A stretch of DNA of 64,000 nucleotides from an uncultured cyanobacterium (GTDB lineage: Bacteria; Cyanobacteriota; Cyanobacteriia; Pseudanabaenales; Pseudanabaenaceae). A model generated the notes under the pieces. The model made no database searches, was not told the origin of the DNA, and was given only the letters and a program-made list of their open reading frames with translations. The translations under genes were made by a program, and so were the position numbers. The DNA lies in the NCBI GenBank assembly GCA_963703315.1, contig OY969811.1, positions 3,808,001 to 3,872,000 on the forward strand, given 5' to 3'. This document shows positions 52,110 through 62,187 of the stretch, piece after piece. Every line of letters begins with the position of its first letter. Within the stretch, counting starts at the first letter, position 1.

Positions 52110-52970
52110 CTATTTCTTCTTACTAAACCAAAGTTCCAAATCCGCAACACTCTCAAAATCCAAAATCGCTTCAGCAAGACTCTCTAAGCGAGGAATATGT
52201 AATCGCGTAATTCGATTATGAAGCTTTGGTGGTAAAGTTCCAAACTTGTGGGTGAGTAACCTCAAAACAACCGTAACTAAACCTTCCTTTCGACCTTCTT
52301 GACGACCTTCTTGACGACCTTCTTGACGACCTTCTTGACGACCTTCTTGCAAGATTTCCTGATATGTGACAGATTCACGCATGAGATCTCTCCTCAAAAT
52401 TTGCTTAATAACATTTTTCTCTAAAACTAAACCAGCCAATACATAAGTTGATGCTCCAATAGTTTGACGTATTTTTTGCTCAGGGATTTTATCAATTTTT
52501 TGAGCAATATCTTTTAATAACTGCTCTTTATTTCCCTCATTTGCCAGTATAGCAAAGGGCAACATACCCGTAAATTCTAAAAATTTAGCAGGAGTCTGCT
52601 CCCATAGTCTGATCACTTCAAATTGATGGTGAGTTGTACCTTCCTCAAATTTGTCTTGAAAAACTGAATCTGAGCTTGTCTCTTTCAGGTAAATTACAAA
52701 CTGCCGTATTTTTTTATCAGGAAAGCGTCTTTTACCACGTACCCAATAGTCCAACATTCTAAAAGGAATTTGGGGATCGGCTTTAGTTTGAAACTCTAAA
52801 TGCAGTAGCAAACCTTCTGATTCTAGTAAAATTAAGCTATCAGCACGAATTGGCTCAACCGCTAACTCTTGAGGTTGTACTTGCGTAAGCAAGATTGGCT
52901 CACCAAGTAGCCATGTGGCAATATCGGTAGAGTAGGTTTCGGCAAGAAATTTGCAGATATTATCAAACAT
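52110..52970 (-). CDS. Rpn family recombination-promoting nuclease / putative transposase (DUF4351 tail)
   Basis: FDNICKFL, RADSL, HLEFQT, FRMLDY; (EGRQ)x4 from a 12-bp tandem repeat at ~52285-52350. Confidence 0.88.
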   Translation of the reverse strand: MFDNICKFLAETYSTDIATWLLGEPILLTQVQPQELAVEPIRADSLILLESEGLLLHLEFQTKADPQIPFRMLDYWVRGKRRFPDKKIRQFVIYLKETSSDSVFQDKFEEGTTHHQFEVIRLWEQTPAKFLEFTGMLPFAILANEGNKEQLLKDIAQKIDKIPEQKIRQTIGASTYVLAGLVLEKNVIKQILRRDLMRESVTYQEILQEGRQEGRQEGRQEGRQEGRKEGLVTVVLRLLTHKFGTLPPKLHNRITRLHIPRLESLAEAILDFESVADLELWFSKKK

Positions 52971-53000
52971 TGCCAGATTTTACATCGCAATACAGTATAA

Positions 53001-53053
53001 AAACCCAAAAAATGAATGGCGGCGCGAAGCGCCGCCATTCATTTTTTGGGTTT
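53001..53053. repeat. Perfect palindrome, GGCGGCGC-GAA-GCGCCGCC family
   Basis: 25-bp arms; same core at ~30224, ~36640 and 45740. Confidence 0.92.
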
Positions 53054-53168
53054 AAGTTCCTATAAATAAAAATTCTTACGACAAATAGCTTAGATATTTA
53101 CTGGAACCGTGCGATCGCCTCCCCCGTCAAAATTGGCATACAGGAATTATGCAGACAGAGAGAAGATC

Positions 53169-54194
53169 ATGAAAGTTAGAGCGATCGCCTTGAGCCTAGT
53201 ATCAGCAATATTAGTAGGCATACCTAGCTTTAGTAAAGTCGCTGCCGTAGCCGCCGCACCTAGAGATTTTGAAGCCGAAGAAAAAATTACGATGGAAGTT
53301 TATCGTTCGGCAAATCCTGCGGTAGTAACCATTAAAACCACAACTAGCACTGGCTCAGGCAGCATCATTAACCCTGAAGGCTTAGTAATTACTAACGAAC
53401 ACGTAATTCGTGATGCCAAAAATGGCAGCGTTAGAGTGATCAATCATGAAGGTAAAACCTATAACGGACAGGTGCTGACGATTGATCGCAAAAATGATTT
53501 AGCTTTAGTCCGCATCCTCTCTAGCGATCGCTTCCCCTCACTACCATTTGCCGATCGCGAAAATATTCTGGTTGGACAAAAAGTATTTGCGATCGGTAGT
53601 CCCTTTGGGCTATCAGGCACACTTACCACAGGCATTCTCAGCCGCGTTGCCAATGATAGCGATCTCCAAACCGATGCCAGACTTAATCCTGGTAATTCTG
53701 GTGGACCTTTGCTCAACTCTCGTGGTGAAATCATTGGTGTAAACAAGGCGATTCTCAGTGCTGATGGTCGTTCCAATTCAGGTATTGGCTTTGCTACGAG
53801 CGCAATCAACGCTAAGGAATTTATCACTCGCAGTGCTGCCATCATTCAACCAAGTGCGGCTTCTCAAACTACCAGAGTTTCTAATTCCCAGAATTCTATT
53901 GTCTCATCAGCTACACGTCCCAAGACGGCGATCGCTCCATCTATCTCCACTTCATCAGAACGTCCACAATTGGGGGTAATCCTCAATCCTGCTAGTCTCA
54001 CCGTATATGAAGTACGTCCTAACTCCCTTGCGAGTCGGATGGGTTTACAAAGAGGCGATCGCCTTGTGGGTTTAAATGGAACTGCGATTAGTGATCCTAA
54101 GCAGATTGTCGATTATCTTGCTCAACGTCCAGCGACTGCTGTTTTGACCGTTGCTAGAAATAGAGGCATTACTAACTATCAAATCAAGTTTTAG
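53169..54194 (+). CDS. HtrA/DegP-type serine protease with PDZ domain
   Basis: TNEHV, DLAL, NPGNSGGPL; likely start ATG 53169. Confidence 0.92.
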   Translation: MKVRAIALSLVSAILVGIPSFSKVAAVAAAPRDFEAEEKITMEVYRSANPAVVTIKTTTSTGSGSIINPEGLVITNEHVIRDAKNGSVRVINHEGKTYNGQVLTIDRKNDLALVRILSSDRFPSLPFADRENILVGQKVFAIGSPFGLSGTLTTGILSRVANDSDLQTDARLNPGNSGGPLLNSRGEIIGVNKAILSADGRSNSGIGFATSAINAKEFITRSAAIIQPSAASQTTRVSNSQNSIVSSATRPKTAIAPSISTSSERPQLGVILNPASLTVYEVRPNSLASRMGLQRGDRLVGLNGTAISDPKQIVDYLAQRPATAVLTVARNRGITNYQIKF

Positions 54195-54238
54195 ATGCTA
54201 ATGAGTCACCTCGCTTTGTGAGGTGACTCATTATTACT

Positions 54239-55240
54239 TTAAGGAATTTCAATCTCTCGCAAAAACTTAGCACTATCTTCAGGAATTGCCGTATTAATAT
54301 ACATACCACTACCTAGCTCAAAACCTGCTGCTTTTGAGACTCTAGGCACGATCGCTAGATACCAATGGAAGTAATCAGATTGTCGCTCATCAGTTGGCAT
54401 AGAACGGATCGTATAGTTATAAGCAGGATTGTTTAAACCATAGAAAATCTTGGCGAGAACAGTTTTGAGATTGTAGGCAAGATCGGCGATCTCTAAGTCA
54501 TTGACATCGCCATAACAGGAACTATGACGACGGGGAAATACCCATATATGGAAGGGAGAAAGGGCGGCATAGGGCATAAAAGCTACAAAATGTTCTGTTT
54601 CTAGAACAATTCGTTCTTTGGCATTCACCTCATCTCTAAGAGTATGGCAAAATAAACATTCGCCAGTATCATCAAAATAATTGGTTGCTTCAATCAAACG
54701 ATAGCGAATTTGGGAAGGAACAACGGGAGTAGCTGTGATTTGTGAATGGGGATGTTCTAGGGATGTGCCTGCACTCTCACCATGATTTTTAAAGATAATA
54801 ATGCTTTCAATCCGTTTGTCTTGACTAATAATGTTATAACGCTGGCGATAGGCGGTGAGAATGTTGATTACGTCCTCCACATCCATCAAGGCGATCGTGG
54901 CATTATGATCGGGATGTTCAATCAGAACTTCGTGATATCCTACGCCTGTAATGGATCGGTGAATCCCTTCACTATGGCGAATGCGATCGCCAATAGGTTC
55001 AAGAGCAGGATATTTATTCGGAATGATTCTCACCCGCCAACCGCGATCATCTTCGATTCGCATATATTCAGGTTCGGCAGGATTTTCATTACCTTTACAA
55101 AATGGACAATTATGCTTATAAATCGGTAGTTTGGGTGGAGTTTCTTCTTGAGGTCGAATAAATTCGTGAGGACGTTTGGCTCTTTCAGTGGCAAAGATCA
55201 CCCAATCCTTAGTAATCATGTTTTGGCGTAAATGTGACAT
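54239..55240 (-). CDS. galT: Galactose-1-phosphate uridylyltransferase
   Basis: RAKRP, CPFC.GNE, GTSLEHPHSQ. Confidence 0.92.
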   Translation of the reverse strand: MSHLRQNMITKDWVIFATERAKRPHEFIRPQEETPPKLPIYKHNCPFCKGNENPAEPEYMRIEDDRGWRVRIIPNKYPALEPIGDRIRHSEGIHRSITGVGYHEVLIEHPDHNATIALMDVEDVINILTAYRQRYNIISQDKRIESIIIFKNHGESAGTSLEHPHSQITATPVVPSQIRYRLIEATNYFDDTGECLFCHTLRDEVNAKERIVLETEHFVAFMPYAALSPFHIWVFPRRHSSCYGDVNDLEIADLAYNLKTVLAKIFYGLNNPAYNYTIRSMPTDERQSDYFHWYLAIVPRVSKAAGFELGSGMYINTAIPEDSAKFLREIEIP

Positions 55241-55254
55241 AGTAATTCACCAAA

Positions 55255-56793
55255 TTATGCAGAAAAAACGATAAATCGATTACGCCCTTGCTGCTTGGCA
55301 CTATAAAGAGCCGTATCTGCTTGCCTAATTAGTATTGCGGGGTCTTGCATCGAATTGGGAATTAAACTAGTAACTCCGAGACTAATCGTAACTATATCGC
55401 TGATATCCGAATTTTGGTGAGCAATGTCTAAGTTGGCGATCGCAAAGCGGATCTTTTGGGCAACAGCGATCGCGCCTTCTAGATTGGTATTAGGCAAAAT
55501 CACGACAAATTCTTCGCCTCCATAGCGTGCAACTAGATCGGCTGGGCGAGATAAAGCTCGTTTAACAGATTGGGCAAGCCTAGTTAAGCAGTCATCTCCC
55601 ATTTGATGTCCATAGCAATCGTTATAGCGTTTGAAATAATCAATATCAAACAATATCAAAGAGATTGGTTGTGACTCTCGGCTCAGTCTTTCCCATTCCA
55701 TTTTCAGGCGATCGTCAAAACATCGACGGTTACCAACTTGAGTCAATCCATCAATATTCACCAACTTTTCTAATTCTAAATTTGCTTGTTTGAGAAGATT
55801 TTCACTGCGTTGTAATTCTGTAGTTCTCTCAATTACTTGCAATTCGAGGTTTTCCATTGCTTGTTTGAGAGATAACTGGGCTGCATTTTTCTCATCAATT
55901 ACTGCCGAAAGAATTAACGATGTTAAAGCTAGCACCGCCATAAAAGATTGCAATAGTAACAAAGATGCGTTAGGTTCATTGGGAATATAGAGTCCATGAT
56001 TTCTAGCTGTCGCTAAAATCGCAATTAGGGAAACGATACTCACTAATAAGCTCGCAAAAAAACTACCATATTGAAACACTGTCCAAATCAGAATTGGCAG
56101 AAATAGATAAGCTAAGGGATAGTTACTGACAAAAGCAATCCAGCTAACACCTAAAAATATACTCAGTCCTAATCCTATTTCCCAATACTTATCTTGGATG
56201 GTTTTGTGATTGTATGTGTTAGCGCAGTTTTGCCATAACAGTAATGTCGGGGTAAAAATTAAATGTGGCAGCGCACTACCTAGCCACCAAGTCATCCAAC
56301 TAATTCCATAACTCGTCCATGGGATGACTCTAGTTATACAGAGGCTCGTAATTCCAAACGATGCGGATACAGTCGGTGCAAAAACTGCTGCCAGAATATA
56401 CAAAACGACTGTATTCACATGACTAAAAATATCTTTATGGCGTGCGAATTTCTTAATTATATATGTGGCAATCAATGGCTGGAGAACATTTCCACAAGCA
56501 CAGGCTATCAAGATTATTAAGAGATTGAAAACCGATAATGATGGAAGTGATTTTAATAAACCGAGAGTAAGTGCATAGGTGGAGCCACAAATAATGCCTA
56601 AAATGACCCGATCGCCTAATAAATAGACTAGAGCTAGAGTCATTCCAGAAGGAAACCAGACTGAAGCAACTGTAGCAGGTAATGTGGCAAATTCATGGCT
56701 AAGCCTTACCCCATAAGCATAGGCAATGGCTACTAACAGATTCAGAATAAGAAATTGTACAATTCCCCTCTGCAATAGCCAATCGCCTTTCAT
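55255..56793 (-). CDS. MASE1-GGDEF diguanylate cyclase
   Basis: MASE1 TM region; RPAD I-site and GGEEF active site. Confidence 0.92.
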   Translation of the reverse strand: MKGDWLLQRGIVQFLILNLLVAIAYAYGVRLSHEFATLPATVASVWFPSGMTLALVYLLGDRVILGIICGSTYALTLGLLKSLPSLSVFNLLIILIACACGNVLQPLIATYIIKKFARHKDIFSHVNTVVLYILAAVFAPTVSASFGITSLCITRVIPWTSYGISWMTWWLGSALPHLIFTPTLLLWQNCANTYNHKTIQDKYWEIGLGLSIFLGVSWIAFVSNYPLAYLFLPILIWTVFQYGSFFASLLVSIVSLIAILATARNHGLYIPNEPNASLLLLQSFMAVLALTSLILSAVIDEKNAAQLSLKQAMENLELQVIERTTELQRSENLLKQANLELEKLVNIDGLTQVGNRRCFDDRLKMEWERLSRESQPISLILFDIDYFKRYNDCYGHQMGDDCLTRLAQSVKRALSRPADLVARYGGEEFVVILPNTNLEGAIAVAQKIRFAIANLDIAHQNSDISDIVTISLGVTSLIPNSMQDPAILIRQADTALYSAKQQGRNRFIVFSA

Positions 56794-56835
56794 GTAATAC
56801 CCAATGAAATTATCAGACTTTTCTTATTTTACTGT

Positions 56836-57690
56836 CTATACAACTTCTTTGAGCATCCAAAATCCTGAAAAATGTTCTACATCTGGGCTAGTCTGTACAG
56901 CTAAAAAATGGAAGCCTTTAGCTTTTATTTTGGCTTGCTCAAATTCATCTCCTTGAGCGATCGCCTGTTTGTCTTTGGGTGCTTGGAGATTAGCTAGTAC
57001 CCATCGCGCATCGGCACTGGCTTCTAACTGCATTTGGCAGCGATCGCCTAGTAAATTACGCTCAAATTTGATAAACACAGGATCAACTCCCGACATCCAA
57101 GCTGCTAACGCCGTTGCTCTTGCCGAAATAATAATGATCCCCGCGATGATCGTTTCAGGATCAAGATCACCAATATCTAGTAACTCACTAAAGTCCATTG
57201 ACCATTCATTCGCATCTGCAAAGTCTCTTACTTTTAAAGATACCGAAATCCAGCGCTCACCCATGAGGGCATCAGGAACAGGTTTAGGATCTTGGGCAGC
57301 TAATACTTTTAAGGGCAGAGGATTGGGATCAACTGCTTGAAAGCCTTCCCGATTGGGATAAATGCTTGCCATGCGTTCTGCGAGCCATGCTGATAGCGTA
57401 AATACACGCCGAGATGCTTGCCCTGTGATACCCGCCAAAGTACAACCCCGAATAATAATATTGGTCATACTAGGACGGAAAAAACGAATCTTGATGGGAG
57501 TTTGCCCTGTGGTTGCGACGCAATCAGCGAGTTGTTTGGCTAACCATTCGGAGTTGACTTCTGTGGATGGACATTCACGTACCCATTCAAACTGGCGATC
57601 TCGATCGCAGATCAGCAATTCCCAGATTTTTTTATTATTGGCATCCAGTAAGGGACGGGAATAAAAATCTAACTCCCAAATATTCGACAT
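56836..57690 (-). CDS. Tab2/Atab2 family RNA-binding protein
   Basis: WELDFYSRP....KKIWELLIC, VNSEWL, GFHFLAVQ..P....FSGFW. Confidence 0.92.
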   Translation of the reverse strand: MSNIWELDFYSRPLLDANNKKIWELLICDRDRQFEWVRECPSTEVNSEWLAKQLADCVATTGQTPIKIRFFRPSMTNIIIRGCTLAGITGQASRRVFTLSAWLAERMASIYPNREGFQAVDPNPLPLKVLAAQDPKPVPDALMGERWISVSLKVRDFADANEWSMDFSELLDIGDLDPETIIAGIIIISARATALAAWMSGVDPVFIKFERNLLGDRCQMQLEASADARWVLANLQAPKDKQAIAQGDEFEQAKIKAKGFHFLAVQTSPDVEHFSGFWMLKEVV

Positions 57691-57940
57691 AAACGGCTTT
57701 TAGTTAACTTATTTAAATTGGCTGTTTTCATGTTATCGCGATCGCTACCTCTACAGTTTTTTAGGTGTGGGATTTTGGCTAGGCGATCGCTATCCGCTAA
57801 AATATATCTGTGATCTCACCATCAGTCCCTTGTCGGGCAATTCCACCACAGTGAAGCTGAATGTCTTAATTTAAGGTAACGGCATCAAACATTTGAAACT
57901 TACTCATGTTTTTGCCTCCTGCTACGTTGTGGTACTGCTG

Positions 57941-58147
57941 TTACAAATCTTTTTCCGTTAACTCTGCATCTTTCATAATGCTTCTCAATGTTCCAGTTGG
58001 TAGATCGCGATTTCCATGAACTGGGATAGAGAGAATTACATCACTGCTTTGTTTAATGTATATGTGATGACTACCTGTAACTCTTTTCAATTCCCAGCCT
58101 TTACGCTCAACTATTTTGCAAAGAGTTTTACCCGAAACTGATTTCAT
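57941..58147 (-). CDS. hicA: HicA family toxin
   Basis: GW...RV.GSHH..., IPVHG..DL..GTL.SI. Confidence 0.92.
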   Translation of the reverse strand: MKSVSGKTLCKIVERKGWELKRVTGSHHIYIKQSSDVILSIPVHGNRDLPTGTLRSIMKDAELTEKDL

Positions 58148-58344
58148 AGGGATAGTTCAACCAGTTGTTTATCTGCTTCTATGTCTTGGATTTCATTGGC
58201 AACTTCTAGCCATGCTAAGGCGGCTTCTTGTAACATTTCTAGTAGATGTTCGTAGCTATCTCCCCAAGTATGGCAGCCTTTTAATGCTGGGATAGAACCA
58301 CACCAAGCGCCATCTTCTTGCCAAATAATTGCTTTAATTTGCAT
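58144..58344 (-). CDS. hicB: HicB family antitoxin (short form)
   Basis: PALKGCHTWGDS.E.L...L.EA; ATGA overlap with hicA. Confidence 0.9.
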   Translation of the reverse strand: MQIKAIIWQEDGAWCGSIPALKGCHTWGDSYEHLLEMLQEAALAWLEVANEIQDIEADKQLVELSL

Positions 58345-58452
58345 AAATATATTTTTACCAATTTATATTGATTTGATTGTTTGATTCATCTTATCTTAAA
58401 CCTATTCCCACTTAACTATTTGAGGAATGATGCAAGATCGTCGAGTGGATTT

Positions 58453-58701
58453 TTACTGTCGATTATTGACATTTAAGATAGTCAGACCAATAATTTCATC
58501 ATTTTGATAGCGGATTAAAATATCGTCATCTGTCAATTCGCTATCATCAGCAGCAAGTGCGGGTTGATGAAAATTGATGTATAACACATCGGCTTCGACA
58601 TCATAAAAAGTCCAAGTATTTTTCTTGGGTAGGTTTTTGATTGCATTAGCTAAGTTGAGATAGCTAGGAATTTTGAGAGGGTTTAAGGGGAGCGTGACCA
58701 T
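58453..58701 (-). CDS. DUF2283 domain protein (putative antitoxin)
   Basis: YD.EADVLYI.F...D.ILIRY....IIGLTIL. Confidence 0.85.
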   Translation of the reverse strand: MVTLPLNPLKIPSYLNLANAIKNLPKKNTWTFYDVEADVLYINFHQPALAADDSELTDDDILIRYQNDEIIGLTILNVNNRQ

Positions 58702-58865
58702 ACTTCTTTACGTTTGTTGAGAGAATTGATACGTCTAGTTAGTAGGCAGTGATGAAAAACCCATCTTCTTCTGCTTCTTTGTAAATTGTAACCAAATACT
58801 TATTATCACCTAGCAGCTTGACTGCTAAAAGATTGCCATTATTACCTTCCAAAATTACAGATAGT
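58683..58865 (-). pseudogene. Truncated, frameshifted partner (putative toxin) of the DUF2283 protein
   Basis: ...KYLVTIYKE.EEDGFFITAY, then a 1-nt loss near 58741; the shifted frame reads TRRINSLNKRKEVWSRSP* across the DUF2283 start; no plausible N-terminus. Confidence 0.6.
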
Positions 58866-58975
58866 TGGAGATCGCGTAGTCCAGTGATTTTGCCAATAAC
58901 TAGAAAAAATAGCCTAGTATTCAAAGTTTTTTTGTTATAGTGAGACAATTCAAGGCTTTAGCTAAACTTAAATAT

Positions 58976-59194
58976 ATGCTTACAACCTTTACTGCAAATT
59001 ATACAAAGATTGACTCAGGTTACATGGGGCAACTCATTGAATGGCAAGAGGTAATAACTGAGGGTGAAACTCTGGAACTTTGTCGTGAATCTTTGCAAGA
59101 TGCTTTACAGGAAATGATTGCTGCATATAAGCAACAAAACAAGGAGATTCCTTCTAATAAATCTTTAATCGAGCAGATTCCCGTGGAAGTTTAG
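58976..59194 (+). CDS. hicB: HicB family antitoxin
   Basis: GY......V.TEGETLE.CRE.L.DAL...EIP; ATG 58976. Confidence 0.85.
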   Translation: MLTTFTANYTKIDSGYMGQLIEWQEVITEGETLELCRESLQDALQEMIAAYKQQNKEIPSNKSLIEQIPVEV

Positions 59195-59196
59195 TT

Positions 59197-59385
59197 ATGT
59201 CAGTTAAACGTAGTGATCTGGTGAAATATTTTGAAGAAAATGGATTTTACCTGCTTAGAGAAGGTGGGAATCATTCAATTTACACTAACAATACCAAAAC
59301 AATTCCGATTAAAAGACATCGGACAATTGATCGGATTACAGCAAATGCGATATGTAAGCAAGCAGGGATAGCACCGAAGTTTTAG
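59197..59385 (+). CDS. hicA: HicA family toxin
   Basis: NGF.LLREG.NH.IY......PI.RH..I......ICKQAG. Confidence 0.9.
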   Translation: MSVKRSDLVKYFEENGFYLLREGGNHSIYTNNTKTIPIKRHRTIDRITANAICKQAGIAPKF

Positions 59386-59390
59386 TGAAT

Positions 59391-59575
59391 GCGTAGGGGC
59401 ATAGCATTCCCACAGAGATTTAGGCGTTTACAGATTGCCTTGATTTGGGAATGCTATGCCCTCAACCTGTAATCGTAGGGACAATTTATCGGTGAAAGTG
59501 GAGAGGGTTTAGCATTTGCGGATCGAGATTGTGGTTATGAGTTTAGAAATTGTGGCGCAAATGTTAAACCTCTTT
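59391..59575. repeat. Cluster of GTAGGGG-type REP-like inverted repeats
   Basis: GGGCATAGCATTCCC...GGGAATGCTATGCCC; GTAGGGACA; AGAGGGTTTAGCATTTGCG...CGCAAATGTTAAACCTCT. Confidence 0.7.
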
Positions 59576-59577
59576 CG

Positions 59578-60925
59578 CTAAAGTTTTGAATAGTAGTCTC
59601 GAATTTTGTATGACATCAATTTTCGACGCGCTTCCAAAAATTCTGCGTAGTCTTCGATGTTTTTAACCTCCATTCCATCGGGCAGACAATGATCTGCAAG
59701 GTTCTTATTTAACTCACTATAATTCACGATGCCCCCATAAAAGGCTTGCTGAGTCTTACATTGCTCTTGTAGAGTTTTAAAATATTGATCTGGCGAACGG
59801 TCTTTAATTGCAATGTTAATTTCACTCTGCATCATGACGTAATTGGCAATCTGGTTATATTGACCTTTTTCTAAGTTGTTCCGCTTGAGATAGTTTTTTG
59901 GAAATATATGGTGAATGTCTCCTCTATTCATTATCAAATCTCTCACAGTAATATCTTTAGAAAGAAATCCCTTGTTGTTGCCATGAATTTGAGAGGCAAG
60001 AAACACTTTAAAATATGGGCTGCTGGCGACAGAAGTATCCATTTGTTGAGGAAGCCCAGCATCCCAGAATGCTTGAGATAATTCAGCAGCTTCTATCTCA
60101 GATTGATAGCGACTCATTCCCAATTCATCAATTCGTCTAATATCAGTATCAAATGTTGATTCAGGTGAGCCAGAATATCTACCTGTGAGGACAGACATGA
60201 CTAGCCACTTACGCACATGGGATTCAATCTTAGCAGGAGGTGTACTTTTTGATTTGAGAACTAAGTAAATTACATAGGCAAAGTTGATGGCATTGCGAGA
60301 ACGAATCATTGAAGGTTCAACAAATCCAGCAGATTTCAAAATCATAATGAACTTCTTGAAATTAGTCTCATTCATGAATTTGAGAATACCTTCGTCTAAT
60401 TTTCTGAAAGACTCCTCAGCGATCTCATCTTCATAGGTTCGAGTTTCAAAATTTCTGCCTGAAAGCAAAGCAACAAGATCTTGCAATCGCCCACGTTTAA
60501 ACTCTGAAGTAAAAGCGACCCTAAGCATATCTGAGTAAGACGGATCGTATAAATCATCGTTCTCATCCTTTAGCCAAGACATCTTTTGAAAATATGCGGT
60601 TGCGCCAAATTCTTGATCAAGGTCAGCCAACTGTTGATAAAACTGAGGAGCTTTAGCCAAATGGCAAAAATAATCAATACATTTGCGAAGCTTATTGCCA
60701 CCATAAGTTTCGTTAGCGGCAATTTTTGACATAACGAAATCTGCTTGATTGAGAACAGCTCCCTGCGAATTGATGCGAATAAAAATTTCTGTAACTACCT
60801 CAATATCTAGATCTGAGTTAAGTTCAATAAGCCCAATATGGTTATTAACTACTCCTCGTAACAGTTCCAGACTATTGTAGATAGCGTCTTGGTCTGTATT
60901 TTCATTGCGATCGCAGTATTCCCCT
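59578..60925 (-). pseudogene. C-terminal part of a GmrSD-like (DUF262+DUF1524/HNH) nuclease, interrupted by IS110
   Basis: The frame stays open upstream of 60732 up to the IS junction: GEYCDRN...[11 protein letters not shown] (DUF262 end); DIHHIFPK...AN...IN HNH-like motif. Confidence 0.9.
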
Positions 60926-60932
60926 TGTATCT

Positions 60933-61140
60933 AGGAGGAAAAGTAAAGGATAAAATCTTTACTACAATCCGAAAAAGCAAAAGCAGAGATAAACTCGATC
61001 TGCCCCTAGGGACACCAAGCCCGTTTTGTAGATAGAGTCGTCTCTGCTTAAACAGTGGAAACAAGTAAAGACTGGACAGTATCAGAGGTCGCCCAACGGG
61101 TAAACCTGCATTCACAAGGATAGTTCAATACCACTGATTG
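60933..61140 (+). ncRNA. Bridge RNA of the IS110 element (ends approximate)
   Basis: 5' hairpin AGTAAAG/CTTTACT; target loop closed by AAGCAGAGA/TCTCTGCTT with guides TCTGCCCCT and TTTGTAG; donor loop closed by CAGTGG/CCACTG with guides GACAGTATC and ACAAG. Confidence 0.85.
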
Positions 61141-61175
61141 CTTGATGGACAAATCTAGCAAGAGGACTGCCCCCA

Positions 61176-62162
61176 ATGAACAATAACAATGAAGTATATG
61201 ATGTTTTAGGAATAGATATCAGCAAAGCCAAATTTGATGTTGCTCTAATCCAAGGCAACGCCAAAATCAAGAGCAAAGTATTTGCCAACAATCCTGAAGG
61301 ATTTGCTGAATTACAAGAATGGCTAAACCTTCAAAATGTGACAAACTTGCATAGTTGTATGGAAGCTACCAGCACTTACGGCAATGGGTTAGCTAGATTC
61401 TTAGTAGAGGCAGGATACAAAGTAAGTATTGTTAATCCATCCCGTCCCAAAGCCTTTGGCAAGAGTGAGTTAAGTCGTACAAAGACTGACCGTGCTGATG
61501 CTAAAGTCATTGCTAGATTTTGTGCAGCCTTAAAACCTGCTCTTTGGACACCACCAGCATTAGAAATTGAGCAACTACAAGCATTGGTGCATCGTTTAGA
61601 TAGCTTAACTGCTATGCAGCAGCAAGAGCAGAATCGTCTTGCTACGGCTGATCCAATTTTGGTTGAGGCAATTAATGCTCACATTGATTTTCTCAAAGAG
61701 CAAATTGAGATGACCAAAAAATTGATCCGTCAGCACTTTGATCAACACCCTCATTTGAAATCTCAACGGGATTTGTTGACTTCTATTCCTGGTATTGCTG
61801 AACTGACCGCAACTATATTACTGGCGGAAATTCGGGATATTTCTGCCTTTGATACTGCTGATCAACTGGCAGCTTTTGCGGGTTTAACTCCCCGTGAGTT
61901 CTCATCTGGTTCTTCGATTCATGGTAAGCCACGTTTATCTAAAATTGGTAATTCGCGTTTGCGTAAAGCTTTGTTTATGCCTGCGATTGTTGCCCGTCGT
62001 TATAATTTGCCGATTGCTGCTTTCTGCGCTCGCCTTACGGCTAAGGGTAAGTCCAAAATGTCTGTCATTGGGGCTGTCATGCACAAGCTGTTACGACAGG
62101 TCTTTGGCGTTCTCAAGTCTCAGCGTTCTTTCGACCCAAATTTTGTTCAAATTCCCTCTTGA
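61176..62162 (+). CDS. IS110 family DEDD recombinase/transposase
   Basis: GIDISK, MEATS, KTDRADA (RuvC-like DEDD); SIPGI, AFAGLTP...SSGSS (Tnp domain with catalytic Ser), GNSRLRKAL. Confidence 0.97.
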   Translation: MNNNNEVYDVLGIDISKAKFDVALIQGNAKIKSKVFANNPEGFAELQEWLNLQNVTNLHSCMEATSTYGNGLARFLVEAGYKVSIVNPSRPKAFGKSELSRTKTDRADAKVIARFCAALKPALWTPPALEIEQLQALVHRLDSLTAMQQQEQNRLATADPILVEAINAHIDFLKEQIEMTKKLIRQHFDQHPHLKSQRDLLTSIPGIAELTATILLAEIRDISAFDTADQLAAFAGLTPREFSSGSSIHGKPRLSKIGNSRLRKALFMPAIVARRYNLPIAAFCARLTAKGKSKMSVIGAVMHKLLRQVFGVLKSQRSFDPNFVQIPS

Positions 62163-62187
62163 CTTTTTGGTACTCAAGACAGTATCT
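62159..62187 (+). promoter_or_regulatory. -35 box of the circle-junction promoter in the IS right end
   Basis: TTGACT-N18-TATCT; the -10 becomes TATCTT only when the right end joins the left end. Confidence 0.65.

Larger units (their letters stand above)
60926..62187 (+). mobile_element. IS110-family (IS621-like) insertion sequence, 1262 bp including one CT core
   Basis: Bounded by CT at 60924-25 and 62186-87; 250-bp left non-coding end, ~25-bp right end; removal restores the host reading frame. Confidence 0.93.

Noticed and set aside
52110..52970. Rpn gene as an active IS element
   Set aside because: No terminal repeats or duplicated target seen; treated as a stand-alone gene
60849..61115. 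88-aa minus-strand ORF
   Set aside because: Antisense to the bridge RNA, crosses the IS junction and has no recognisable motif
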